Both the position numbers and the translations under genes were made by a program. From a virus: a DNA stretch of 64,000 nt. The DNA is taken from IMG/VR virus record IMGVR_UViG_3300027659_003120, positions 27,817-91,816 of that record; one strand, 5' to 3'. Below are positions 48,081 to 57,902 of this stretch, piece after piece. Within the stretch, counting starts at the first letter, position 1. Each line of letters opens with the position of its first letter. The notes below the pieces were generated by a model. The model made no database searches and was not told the origin of the DNA. It worked only from the letters and a program-made list of their open reading frames with translations.

Positions 48081-49107
48081 AAATGTTTTGATTACCGGTG
48101 GGTGTGGCTTCATTGCACACCACGTTATTGATTTGTTAATTGAAAAAACAGATTGGAATATTACAACTTTGGATAGATTAGATTACTCTGGTAATTTGAA
48201 TCGTCTACATGAAGTCTTGGAAAAATATGATACACAAACCCGTAAGAGAGTTAATATTGTATTTCATGATTTGAAAGCAGAGATTAATCCTCTTGTAAAC
48301 AACTTCATCAACAAGTTAGGCAAGATTGATACGATTCTTCATCTAGCTGCATCATCACACGTTGATAGGTCTATCACACATCCAATGGAATTCATTCAAG
48401 ACAATACCATTGGTACTGCACATTTACTAGAGTATGCACGAAGACTTGACAACTTGGAAACATTCTTGTATTTCAGTACAGATGAAATTTTTGGTTCAGC
48501 ACCACCTGGTGTAGCATATGGTGAGAGGGCTAGGTATAATTCAACTAATCCATATTCAGCATCTAAAGCAGCCGCAGAAGAATTCTGTGTTGCATATGAA
48601 AACACATATAAGATGCCTATGATGATTACACACACAATGAATGTATTTGGTGAGCGCCAAACTCCAGAAAAGTTTATTCCGTTATGTATTGACCGTGTTC
48701 GTAAAGGTAAAAAGATTTTCATTCACTCAAATGCTGCTCGTACAGAAGCGGGAAGTAGATTCTACATTCATGCGGCCGATGTAGCTGAAGCATTGATGTT
48801 TTTGATTACAACAAAGCCAGCTTGCCCAACAGACTATGGTGATGCTAAATGTGCTAAGTTTAACATTGTTGGCAAAGAAGAAGTTGACAATCTAACCCTA
48901 GCTAAACTTGTAGCACAAGCACAAGACAAAGAGTTGATTTATGAAATGCTTGATTTTCATAAATCACGCCCAGGTCACGATTTACGGTATGCACTAGATG
49001 GTACTTTGATGCGTAATCTTGGTTGGGAACCTAAGATTGCATTCAGTGAACGAATAAAACAAGTAAGTGATTGGTATTTACAAAACACAAGGTGGTTAGA
49101 ATTATGA
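48073..49107 (+). CDS. rfbB: dTDP-glucose 4,6-dehydratase
   Basis: ITGGCGFI, AASSHVDRS, STDE, YSASK, RPGHDLRY. Confidence 0.92.
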   Translation: MSKNVLITGGCGFIAHHVIDLLIEKTDWNITTLDRLDYSGNLNRLHEVLEKYDTQTRKRVNIVFHDLKAEINPLVNNFINKLGKIDTILHLAASSHVDRSITHPMEFIQDNTIGTAHLLEYARRLDNLETFLYFSTDEIFGSAPPGVAYGERARYNSTNPYSASKAAAEEFCVAYENTYKMPMMITHTMNVFGERQTPEKFIPLCIDRVRKGKKIFIHSNAARTEAGSRFYIHAADVAEALMFLITTKPACPTDYGDAKCAKFNIVGKEEVDNLTLAKLVAQAQDKELIYEMLDFHKSRPGHDLRYALDGTLMRNLGWEPKIAFSERIKQVSDWYLQNTRWLEL

Positions 49108-50315
49108 ATATAGATTATGAAACAATTGATGAATGTATTGCGTGTGGCAGTGTTGATTTGGTGCCCGTATTAGATTTAGGTAATCAACCTCTTGCAAATT
49201 CATATAAGAAAAACCCTGATGATACTGAATCATATTTTCCACTTGCAATCAATAGGTGTAAACAATGTTGCCATGTTCAGTTAAGTGTAAGAGTTAACCC
49301 TGACCTGTTATTTAAAGATTATGCTTATGTTTCTGGCACAACAAAAACACAATTAGACTATTTTAAATGGTTTGCAGAATTTGCAATTGAAAAATACGGA
49401 ACAACACCAACTAAAGTTTTGGATATTGGTTGTAACGACGGAAGTCAATTGAATGCATTTCAAGACATTGGTTCAGAAACATATGGTGTTGACCCTGCTG
49501 AAAACTTATTTCCAACATCATCTCAAAGACACAAAGTTTTATGTGGATTTTTTACAGGTAAAGAATTTGGACGAGAAAAATTTGATGTAATAACATGCCA
49601 AAATGCATTTGCACATAACTTTAATCAATTAGAATTGCTGCAAAATATTAAAACCGTTATGCATAAAGATAGTATTCTTTTTGCAACCACATCTCAGTGT
49701 GATATGATTTTAAATGGTGAATATGATACGATTTATCACGAACATCTTTCATTCTATAACATAAAATCTGTAGATGCTTTATGTAAACGAGCAGGATTAA
49801 ATTTAATTGATGTTATTAAAAATCCTATTCATGGAATGAGTTATATCTTTGTTATTTCAAAATTTAAAACAGCACAGAGAACTATAGATAATTTAATTGA
49901 ATTAGAAACTATTAAAGGACTTTATGATGAGAAAACATATAATCTATATGAAGCGCAGTGTCTTAACAATGTTACAAGATTTGCAAATTTTATTAAAAAA
50001 TTACGAGAAGACGGAAAAACTATTATTGGCTTTGGTGCACCAGCCAAAGGTAACACACTTATGAATTTTGCTGGCATTGGACCAGATTTTATTATTGATG
50101 AGAATCCATTAAAGCAAGGATTGTTTTGCCCTGGTATTAATGTGCCGATATATGGCTCATCATATTTGGATAATTATAAAGATAAAACTGGATTAATTTT
50201 TATACCTTTAGCATGGAATTTCTATAAAGAGATAAAGAGTAAAATTTTAAAAATGCGACCAAACGGAGCAGATACTTTTGTGAGACATTTTCCTAAATTT
50301 GAAGTGGAATCTTAA
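49104..50315 (+). CDS. NDP-hexose C-methyltransferase
   Basis: CIACGS zinc site, DLGNQPLAN, DIGCNDG, YDTIYHEH, GAPAKGNT, LAWNF. Confidence 0.88.
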   Translation: MNIDYETIDECIACGSVDLVPVLDLGNQPLANSYKKNPDDTESYFPLAINRCKQCCHVQLSVRVNPDLLFKDYAYVSGTTKTQLDYFKWFAEFAIEKYGTTPTKVLDIGCNDGSQLNAFQDIGSETYGVDPAENLFPTSSQRHKVLCGFFTGKEFGREKFDVITCQNAFAHNFNQLELLQNIKTVMHKDSILFATTSQCDMILNGEYDTIYHEHLSFYNIKSVDALCKRAGLNLIDVIKNPIHGMSYIFVISKFKTAQRTIDNLIELETIKGLYDEKTYNLYEAQCLNNVTRFANFIKKLREDGKTIIGFGAPAKGNTLMNFAGIGPDFIIDENPLKQGLFCPGINVPIYGSSYLDNYKDKTGLIFIPLAWNFYKEIKSKILKMRPNGADTFVRHFPKFEVES

Positions 50316-51007
50316 TGAAAATTGGTTTTGGTTTCTATGGTATCACTGATGGTACAGATGAGAGAACCGGTTATAGTAGAAACTATAAACATTGTTGGAA
50401 TGGTATACAAAAACATCTTATCCAACCTTTCGTAGATAGAGGAAATGAAGCTGTAATTTATGCATCTACATATCCTTTTACTACTAAAGAGTCAGAATTA
50501 GAATTTATATCCACAGTAAAACCTAAAAAAATATTATATTCCGATTTTGCAACATCTGATGCATTTACATCTAAATCTGCACTGCATGATGCATTTGTTG
50601 GTGAAGATTTAGATGTTGTTATATTCACCAGATTTGATATTCATTTTACAAAAATAATAGCAAATGAAGATATAGATTTCACTAAATTTAATTTTTTGTT
50701 TCCAGAAGATGAAAATTGGTGGAGGTCTCACCGATTTGCTTGTGATTGTTTTTATATTTGGAATCACAAATATAGCAATTCAGTGAAAGATGCTATGCGA
50801 GAAACATATGGATGGCCAAGAGGTACATTCTATCCTGATACTCACGGTCTAATTAATTTTTTAGATAAAAAAATACCACCAACAGAATTACATTTTATTT
50901 CAAAAATATGCGAGATAAGTAATGTTAATACATTTTATACATTGTGCAGAAAAGATGTGCCAGAACATCCGTGTAAGCATCCTGAAGTGAAAGCAAAATA
51001 TGGCTAA
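50315..51007 (+). CDS. hypothetical protein, possible glycosyltransferase
   Basis: TRFDI motif; cluster context. Confidence 0.5.
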   Translation: MKIGFGFYGITDGTDERTGYSRNYKHCWNGIQKHLIQPFVDRGNEAVIYASTYPFTTKESELEFISTVKPKKILYSDFATSDAFTSKSALHDAFVGEDLDVVIFTRFDIHFTKIIANEDIDFTKFNFLFPEDENWWRSHRFACDCFYIWNHKYSNSVKDAMRETYGWPRGTFYPDTHGLINFLDKKIPPTELHFISKICEISNVNTFYTLCRKDVPEHPCKHPEVKAKYG

Positions 51008-51731
51008 TTTAATTATATGCCCGGTCGGTATGAAAATGCCACATGACCCTCGGTGGAAAGAAGAAGAACATTGGCGTTGGACTAGCAATGACCGAAATTA
51101 TGAAACTCTTGCTGTAGTTTATAATGACTTTACACCAGAAGCAAACTCATATGATAACTTAATTAAGTTAAAGGGCCATAAATGGCAGATTATTCGTGAT
51201 ATTGCTAAAGATATTCCTAAAGGTAAATATAATTACATCGGATGTGTTGATGATGATTTGATTACCGATTATCATAGTTTTAATAATGGTCTTAAATTGG
51301 CTGAACAATTTAATTTTCCATACTGGCAATTATCTATGCCAGCAGATTCAAGTTTAATTTATCAACCACTGTTTAATGACCAAACTTGTATATTTTCTGA
51401 AACTAATTTTATTGAAATGGGTTCTTGTTTTTTCACTGAAGAAAAGTTTAGATTTTTAATTGAATTTATTAGTCATTGGGATTTAGAAATTGCATGGGGT
51501 ATAGATAAAACTTTTTACGATTTATTTCAGTGCCCGGCTGTTGTAGTTCACACAGGAATGATACATCAACCTTTTCGTGATAGTTATTACGATAAACAAA
51601 AAGCCATGGATGAAATGAATGATTATCTCTATAATAAGTATCCTAGTATATTAAAAGAACACTATGGTAGAGAATCTAATTTTATTGATAGACAAAATAC
51701 TTTAAGAAAGTTTGCATTAAAAAATGATTAA
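51000..51731 (+). CDS. DUF707-like GT-A protein
   Basis: VDDD, TNFIEM, WGID. Confidence 0.6.
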   Translation: MANLIICPVGMKMPHDPRWKEEEHWRWTSNDRNYETLAVVYNDFTPEANSYDNLIKLKGHKWQIIRDIAKDIPKGKYNYIGCVDDDLITDYHSFNNGLKLAEQFNFPYWQLSMPADSSLIYQPLFNDQTCIFSETNFIEMGSCFFTEEKFRFLIEFISHWDLEIAWGIDKTFYDLFQCPAVVVHTGMIHQPFRDSYYDKQKAMDEMNDYLYNKYPSILKEHYGRESNFIDRQNTLRKFALKND

Positions 51732-52272
51732 ATTAATAATCCTTGATGTTGATGGTGTAATGACAGATGGGCGTAAATACTACGACCGAGATGGTGTTGT
51801 TAGGTTAAAAACATTCTGCGATAAAGATTGGACTGCAATCAAAAGATTTAGAGCTATTGGTATAAATGTTATTTTCTTAACTGGTGACCCCTTTAATGTT
51901 ACAATAGGAGAAAATAGAAACATTGATGTAATTGTAAACCGAGCAAGTGGAAATTCTGAAATTATTCATAAAGATAAATCTGAATATTTGCCTAAAATAT
52001 GTGAAGATTATAAAGTTAGCCCAGATGAAATTGCATTTATAGGTGATGATATATTTGATGTTCAATTAATGCGATTGGTTGGGTTATCATTTTGCCCATG
52101 GGATGCACCAAAAATTGTTAGAAGTTATGCTCAAATACTTAGCGGCAATGGTGGTGAAAATTTAATAGCAGAGATGTATGATTATATGGAAGAAAAAAAG
52201 ATTATTGTGACTGGTTATTTTCCCGACCATTTACAAAAAGTTTATGAAATAGATTTGAAAGAGAAATTCTAA
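51724..52272 (+). CDS. KdsC-like HAD phosphatase
   Basis: DVDGVMTDG, IGDDIFD. Confidence 0.85.
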   Translation: MIKLIILDVDGVMTDGRKYYDRDGVVRLKTFCDKDWTAIKRFRAIGINVIFLTGDPFNVTIGENRNIDVIVNRASGNSEIIHKDKSEYLPKICEDYKVSPDEIAFIGDDIFDVQLMRLVGLSFCPWDAPKIVRSYAQILSGNGGENLIAEMYDYMEEKKIIVTGYFPDHLQKVYEIDLKEKF

Positions 52273-52940
52273 TGTTTGATATAACTCTATATGGGCATTT
52301 GACAAATGACACGATTATTGATAATGAAACAGAAACTATGTCACTAGGTGGTATTGCTAATTGTTGGAGAACTTTAATTGATTTAGATTCAAAATTGCAA
52401 ATAGGCTTAATGCCAACCGCCATAGGAACATCTGAAATTATAATTAATAGAACAAATTCTACAAGAACTTCTAAATCAAGTTTAAATGAAACTGCATTTA
52501 CACCAGAAATAAAACTATCTAAAATACACCATGTAATGTATCTTAATGAACTTCCAGATACTACTTTCATATCAAAATTGAATGGTATTTTAAGTGCTGA
52601 TTTATGTGTAGGAAAAGAAGTTGATTATGAATTATTAAAATATTTTGATTATATTTTTGTATCTAATGATGAACATGATGTAAATAAAATTAAAAAATAT
52701 AGTAAAGGTGCTGTTATTGCACATGAGCCTGAAGGAAGTATATATTGGTCAAGTGCAAATGATTTTGCTAAATCTTATACAATTGATAAAAAAGATTTTG
52801 TTGATAATGCAAATGTATTAGGTGCTGGTGATATGTTTGCTTCTTGTTTTTTGTATGCTATACTTAGTAATAGACTCCATATTGCAATAGAATTCGCACA
52901 CATTACCACGGCTGATTTAATAAGGAAATATAATGAATGA
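52272..52940 (+). CDS. PfkB-family carbohydrate kinase
   Basis: LGGIAN, LGAGDMFA anion hole. Confidence 0.8.
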   Translation: MFDITLYGHLTNDTIIDNETETMSLGGIANCWRTLIDLDSKLQIGLMPTAIGTSEIIINRTNSTRTSKSSLNETAFTPEIKLSKIHHVMYLNELPDTTFISKLNGILSADLCVGKEVDYELLKYFDYIFVSNDEHDVNKIKKYSKGAVIAHEPEGSIYWSSANDFAKSYTIDKKDFVDNANVLGAGDMFASCFLYAILSNRLHIAIEFAHITTADLIRKYNE

Positions 52941-53682
52941 TTTAAAACAATTGTACCTTGATATGGTACGCAAATGTGTTGCTGGCATGATTTATCGTGA
53001 TCCGAGCATGGCTCCATGGAATAATGGTATATTTGATGAAGAAGCCCGTACAAACGGTGGCGATTGGCCAAGTCAAGCGCATACAATGATTGGCGACACT
53101 CGTCTACGCAACATTGAAACTCTAGCAAACAAAATTTTTGAAGACAACATTTCTGGTCACTTTATTGAAACTGGAGTATGGCGTGGTGGCGCTTGTATTT
53201 TTATGAATGCAATATTTGAAGCTAATAATGTTTCTGATAGAAAAGTTTTTGTGTGTGATTCGTTTGAAGGACTACCACCACCTGATCCTAAGTATTCCGC
53301 TGATAATGGTGACAATCATCACACACTTCACTCAATCTTAGCTGTGTCCCTTGAACAGGTTAAAACAAATTTTGAACGATATAATTTATGGAATGACCGT
53401 GTATTTTTGGTTAAAGGATTTTTCCGGGACACAATGCCCGCACTAGTTAATGAAATTGATAAGATTGCATTGCTTCGTTTGGATGGTGACATGTATGAGT
53501 CCACAATTGATGTATTGAACTACATGTATCCTAAAGTTTCCATTGGTGGTTATATTATTGTTGATGATTGGAAATTACCAAACTGCCGCGCCGCTATTGA
53601 AGATTACACTAAGGCAAATAATTTTACTCCAAATACCATTGTAATTGATGGATCATCAGTATATTGGAAAAAAGAACAATGA
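52933..53682 (+). CDS. TylF/MycF/NovP-family sugar O-methyltransferase
   Basis: AHTMIG, ETGVWRGG, DSFEGLP, LRLDGDMYEST, IVDDW. Confidence 0.92.
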   Translation: MNDLKQLYLDMVRKCVAGMIYRDPSMAPWNNGIFDEEARTNGGDWPSQAHTMIGDTRLRNIETLANKIFEDNISGHFIETGVWRGGACIFMNAIFEANNVSDRKVFVCDSFEGLPPPDPKYSADNGDNHHTLHSILAVSLEQVKTNFERYNLWNDRVFLVKGFFRDTMPALVNEIDKIALLRLDGDMYESTIDVLNYMYPKVSIGGYIIVDDWKLPNCRAAIEDYTKANNFTPNTIVIDGSSVYWKKEQ

Positions 53683-54839
53683 AAAAATATAATTTACTTT
53701 TGCCTATTGCAGGCAAAGCACAACGATTTATTGATGCTGGTTACACTATGCCTAAACCTTTAATCTTAGCGAAAGGCAAGCATGTTATAGATTGGTCATT
53801 AGACTCTATTGATACTACAGAGTGTAACTTAATTTTCATAGTAAGATTAGACCACATTTACAACTTCAGTATTGATACGATTCTAAAACAAAAATTTGGA
53901 AAAGATATTGTTATTGTTATTGTAGATAAAGTAACACGAGGTGCATTAGAGACTTGCACTTTAGCGGAAAAATATATTGATAATGAACTTCCTCTTTACA
54001 TCTATACACCAGATGTTTATTTTTCTCCTAAGTTTAACCCAAACTGCATTAAAGAAGATACTGATGGTTTCTTATTAACTTTTCAGGCAAACAGCCCTGA
54101 CCACAGTTATGCAGATACCGACTCGCAAGGTATTGTTTCTCGTGTGGTAGAAAAAGAAGTTATTAGTGAACATGCTAATGTTGGTTTGTATTATTTTAAA
54201 ACAGGCAAATTATTTTTAAAATACGGGCAAGAAGCAATAGATAGAAATATGCTAGTTAAAAATGAATTTTACATAGCACCAATTTACAATTTAATGATTC
54301 GTGATAATCTAAAAATTACAGCATGTGATACAGAAAAAATGCACATCTTAGGTACACCAGATACTTTTGAATTTTTCTGCGATAGAGTTTTGCCTAGATT
54401 TGGTATGGATAAACCAATTGTTTTGGCTTGCGACCACTCTGGGTTTGAGTTAAAAGAAATTGCTAAAAAAATATTTGAAAATAATTTAACTAGTTATATT
54501 GATGTTGGCACTTATGTAAATAAGTCATGTGATTATTTTGATTATGTAAGTCAATCAGCAAAACTTATACGAGATAATGATTGCGATTTTGGCATCTCTT
54601 TCTGTCGGTCTGGTCAGGGTGTCAATATATCTGCGAATAAATGTGAGGGTATAATTTCTGCTTTATGTTTTGATGAATATACTGCTGAAATGGCAGTAAA
54701 ACATAACTGTGCAAATCATTTTGCGGTACCATCAAAATATGTAGATGAGAACATGTTAGAAAAAATGATTTCTATTTGGACAGAAACCTCATTTGATGGT
54801 GGCAGACATTTTACTAGATTAAATAAGGTACTAAAATGA
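53679..54839 (+). CDS. sugar nucleotidyltransferase fused to RpiB/LacAB sugar-phosphate isomerase
   Basis: PIAGKAQRF, PKPLI, EFYIAP, LGTP; then ACDHSG, CRSGQG, HNCAN, FDGGRH. Confidence 0.85.
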   Translation: MKKYNLLLPIAGKAQRFIDAGYTMPKPLILAKGKHVIDWSLDSIDTTECNLIFIVRLDHIYNFSIDTILKQKFGKDIVIVIVDKVTRGALETCTLAEKYIDNELPLYIYTPDVYFSPKFNPNCIKEDTDGFLLTFQANSPDHSYADTDSQGIVSRVVEKEVISEHANVGLYYFKTGKLFLKYGQEAIDRNMLVKNEFYIAPIYNLMIRDNLKITACDTEKMHILGTPDTFEFFCDRVLPRFGMDKPIVLACDHSGFELKEIAKKIFENNLTSYIDVGTYVNKSCDYFDYVSQSAKLIRDNDCDFGISFCRSGQGVNISANKCEGIISALCFDEYTAEMAVKHNCANHFAVPSKYVDENMLEKMISIWTETSFDGGRHFTRLNKVLK

Positions 54840-55288
54840 CAATGTATATTGCACACAGAGGAAATTTAGAGGGTCGCTTATCTGAACACGAGAATGACCC
54901 AAATTATATTGACAATGCAATAAATCAGGGATACACGGTTGAAGTTGATTTGTGGTATTTTGATGGTATTCTTAAACTGGGGCACGATGAAAAATTTCAT
55001 TCTGTGCCATCAGAGTGGCTATTTTACAGAAATACTTCTATTTTAAATCATTGTAAAAATTCTGCCGCTTTTGATTATTGCTTAAATAATAATTTACATG
55101 CATTTTGGCATACGGAAGAAGATTATGTTCAAACTACTCTTGGATATACTGTTGGATATCCAGGAAGAGAATCTGTAGGCAGTAAATTTATACTTGGTGT
55201 GCCAGAAAGAGTTTATGAATTAGATGATATTAAGCATAGAATTACATTTGGAGTAATGTCAGACTATGTAAAACTGCTAAATACATAA
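54836..55288 (+). CDS. GDPD/PLC-like phosphodiesterase
   Basis: IAHRGN, EN, VEVD, LGHD, HCKN. Confidence 0.7.
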   Translation: MTMYIAHRGNLEGRLSEHENDPNYIDNAINQGYTVEVDLWYFDGILKLGHDEKFHSVPSEWLFYRNTSILNHCKNSAAFDYCLNNNLHAFWHTEEDYVQTTLGYTVGYPGRESVGSKFILGVPERVYELDDIKHRITFGVMSDYVKLLNT

Positions 55289-55291
55289 ATA
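55284..55291 (+). promoter_or_regulatory. late promoter variant CATAAATA
   Basis: Upstream of the capsid-leader gene block. Confidence 0.6.
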
Positions 55292-55326
55292 TATTGTAAC
55301 TTAACTTGCTGTAGAGGCGGGAAAAT

Positions 55327-57483
55327 ATGGATTTTAAGCGGTTCTTATCGGAACAAAAGGAAAAGCATGCCGTCCTTGCATTTGGGCGCATGAATCCACC
55401 AACGGTTGGTCACGCCAAACTTGTTGATAAAGTAAAAGATATTGCAAATGAAGTTGGTGGCAAATCTTTTATTGTATTGTCGCACACACAAGATGCGGCC
55501 AAAAATCCACTCAGTCCTGAACAAAAAGTAAAACACGCACAAAGATATTTTCCTGGCGTCAATATTACAACCTCAGATAAATCTCACCCAAATTTTTTAT
55601 CCCAAGCGTCTAAAATTTATAGTGCTGGTTATACACATCTTATCATGGTCGCTGGCTCTGATAGAATTGCAGAATATAAAACAATTCTTAATAAATATAA
55701 TGGCGTAAAAGGCACTCACGGTTATTTTAAATTCAGAGATATTCAAGTTCATTCAGCAGGTGAACGAGACCCAGACGCTGAAGGCGTTTCTGGTATGTCA
55801 GCATCTAAAATGCGAGGCCATGCTGAAAAAGGTAACTTCAAAGAATTCAAAAAAGGAATTCCTTCTCATGTACAACCAGAACACGCTAAAGAATTGTATA
55901 ATGATGTGCGTAAAGGTATGCAAATCAAAGAAGAAAATGAATTCAAAGAATCAGATTTGAGTAGATTCAGTAAGTATATAATAAAGGCAACTAAAACCGA
56001 ACCTAAAATTGTTCGCAAAACAAATCCGTCTGGAAGAACTACAGATCATGTTGAGTACGAAGTTCATGGCACATTATCATCACATAGAAAATCTTTTAAA
56101 TCTAAAAAAGAAGCAGAAGAATATTTTAAAACTGTTAAAGAAGAAGATGTTAATGAAGAATTTGAACAATTATTAAATGAAGGCGTACACGACAAAGCAA
56201 TCTTCAAAGCAGTATTTTTATCTGGCGGACCAGGTTCAGGTAAAGATTATGTGCTAAACAATACCTTAGCTGGTCATGGTCTAACCGAAATTAATTCAGA
56301 TAAAGCATTTGAATTTCTAATGGATAAAAAGAAATTAGATAAAAAAATGCCAGACTCCGAGAAAGAAGTTCGTGACATAGAACGAGGTAAAGCAAAAAAT
56401 ATGATTGAATTGCGACAAAGATTTGCACTCTCTGGGCGTAATGGACTTATTATCAATGGCACAGGTGATGACCCCAAAAAATATGCTAAACTAAAAAAAG
56501 AATTAGAAGAATTAGGTTATGAGACTTCTATGATAGCTGTAGTTACAAAAGATGAAATATCAGCACAACGCAACATAGAAAGAGGGCAACGAGGAGGTCG
56601 TACTGTACCTGAAACTACTCGCAAAGAAAAATGGGATGCAGTAAACAACTCAAGGCCTGAAATGGCTAAATTGTTTGGTCAGAATTATATTGAATTTGAT
56701 AATTCTGAAGATTTGCGAACCGCACCACCGGAAGTAACGGAAGTAAAAAAGAAAGAAATACTACAAATCTTTAAAAAAATTCAAGAATTTATTAAGAGAC
56801 CACCAAAAAATCCAGCAGCATCTTCTTGGGTTGCAGGAGAACTTTCAAAGAAAGATACTTTGCCTGTTCCTAGAAAGGGTACTGAAAAACTGCAACCAGC
56901 GGATTCAAGTCTTGCTCAAGATGCACAGAAACTTGGATTACAATATTATGGTTTTGGTAGGTATGGAAAAAATGGTAAAGTAACACATCATTCAGTTCAT
57001 GGTAAATTAGTTCAAGACCCAACACATATGGAACAAGAAAAAAGTGCCAAAAAAGCAGCAGATATTAAACTTGCAGCATCAAGCGGTAGTAATACAAAGA
57101 ATAAAAAAGTAACTGAAGAATTTTCACAATCATTAAGAAAAAAAGTTAAACATTCAGACGGAAATACATACACTGCACACAGCGATAAACCAAGAATTTA
57201 TGTTATAAGAAATAATGCTGCTAAAGATGCTCATCGGTTAAATGGTGAGATAGTACAAACATCAAATGGATATATGGTTAAATTAAAGGAGAATGCGGAT
57301 GATGAAATTAATCAAGAGTTTTTTCAAGAAGACTTACCCACCAGAATTGCCACAAACGAACATTGTGGAGACTCCAGTTATCACACCAGTGATAATGCCG
57401 GAACCACCGATAGTGCTACAAGAATTGAAGGTAAACTCAGTTTCTCAAAACTCAAAGAACAGTGGAAAAAAAAGAACAGTTAA
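55327..57483 (+). CDS. multidomain protein: HxGH-type nucleotidyltransferase + P-loop kinase + small modules
   Basis: FGRMNPPTVGH, SASKMR; GGPGSGKD Walker A, INGTG, RNIERGQRGGR lid. Confidence 0.8.
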   Translation: MDFKRFLSEQKEKHAVLAFGRMNPPTVGHAKLVDKVKDIANEVGGKSFIVLSHTQDAAKNPLSPEQKVKHAQRYFPGVNITTSDKSHPNFLSQASKIYSAGYTHLIMVAGSDRIAEYKTILNKYNGVKGTHGYFKFRDIQVHSAGERDPDAEGVSGMSASKMRGHAEKGNFKEFKKGIPSHVQPEHAKELYNDVRKGMQIKEENEFKESDLSRFSKYIIKATKTEPKIVRKTNPSGRTTDHVEYEVHGTLSSHRKSFKSKKEAEEYFKTVKEEDVNEEFEQLLNEGVHDKAIFKAVFLSGGPGSGKDYVLNNTLAGHGLTEINSDKAFEFLMDKKKLDKKMPDSEKEVRDIERGKAKNMIELRQRFALSGRNGLIINGTGDDPKKYAKLKKELEELGYETSMIAVVTKDEISAQRNIERGQRGGRTVPETTRKEKWDAVNNSRPEMAKLFGQNYIEFDNSEDLRTAPPEVTEVKKKEILQIFKKIQEFIKRPPKNPAASSWVAGELSKKDTLPVPRKGTEKLQPADSSLAQDAQKLGLQYYGFGRYGKNGKVTHHSVHGKLVQDPTHMEQEKSAKKAADIKLAASSGSNTKNKKVTEEFSQSLRKKVKHSDGNTYTAHSDKPRIYVIRNNAAKDAHRLNGEIVQTSNGYMVKLKENADDEINQEFFQEDLPTRIATNEHCGDSSYHTSDNAGTTDSATRIEGKLSFSKLKEQWKKKNS

Positions 57484-57496
57484 GAGTGTAAAATGA
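57293..57496 (+). CDS. small overlapping gene in alternate frame
   Basis: AAGGAG SD before ATG cluster; stop overlaps next start (ATGA). Confidence 0.45.
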   Translation: MRMMKLIKSFFKKTYPPELPQTNIVETPVITPVIMPEPPIVLQELKVNSVSQNSKNSGKKRTVKSVK

Positions 57497-57882
57497 AATC
57501 GTATAAACAATTTTTAGAGGCGTGTTGGACTGGGTACAAACAGGTTGGTATGAAGAAAAAAGGTAACCGTATGGTGCCAAATTGTGTACCAAAAAACGAA
57601 GAAGTTGAGTTGGACGAAACGCAAGCATGGACACGCAAAGAAGGTAAGAATCCGGAAGGCGGGCTGAATCGTAAAGGTATTGCATCTTATCGTGCTGCAA
57701 ATCCTGGTTCTAAATTATCTATGGCAGTTACTACACCACCATCTCAATTGAAAGCCGGCTCAAAAGCAGCTAATCGTAGAAAATCATTCTGTGCTAGAAT
57801 GGGCGGAATGCCAGGTCCCATGAAAGATGAGAAGGGTGAACCAACTCGTAAAGCATTATCACTAAGAAAATGGAATTGTTAA
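57493..57882 (+). CDS. small basic putative internal head protein
   Basis: MKSYKQFLE leader; CWTGYKQVGMKKKGNRMVPNCV module; AWTRKEGK...RRKSFCARM...SLRKWNC module. Confidence 0.7.
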   Translation: MKSYKQFLEACWTGYKQVGMKKKGNRMVPNCVPKNEEVELDETQAWTRKEGKNPEGGLNRKGIASYRAANPGSKLSMAVTTPPSQLKAGSKAANRRKSFCARMGGMPGPMKDEKGEPTRKALSLRKWNC

Positions 57883-57902
57883 CAAAATAATAGGAGAAAC
57901 AA

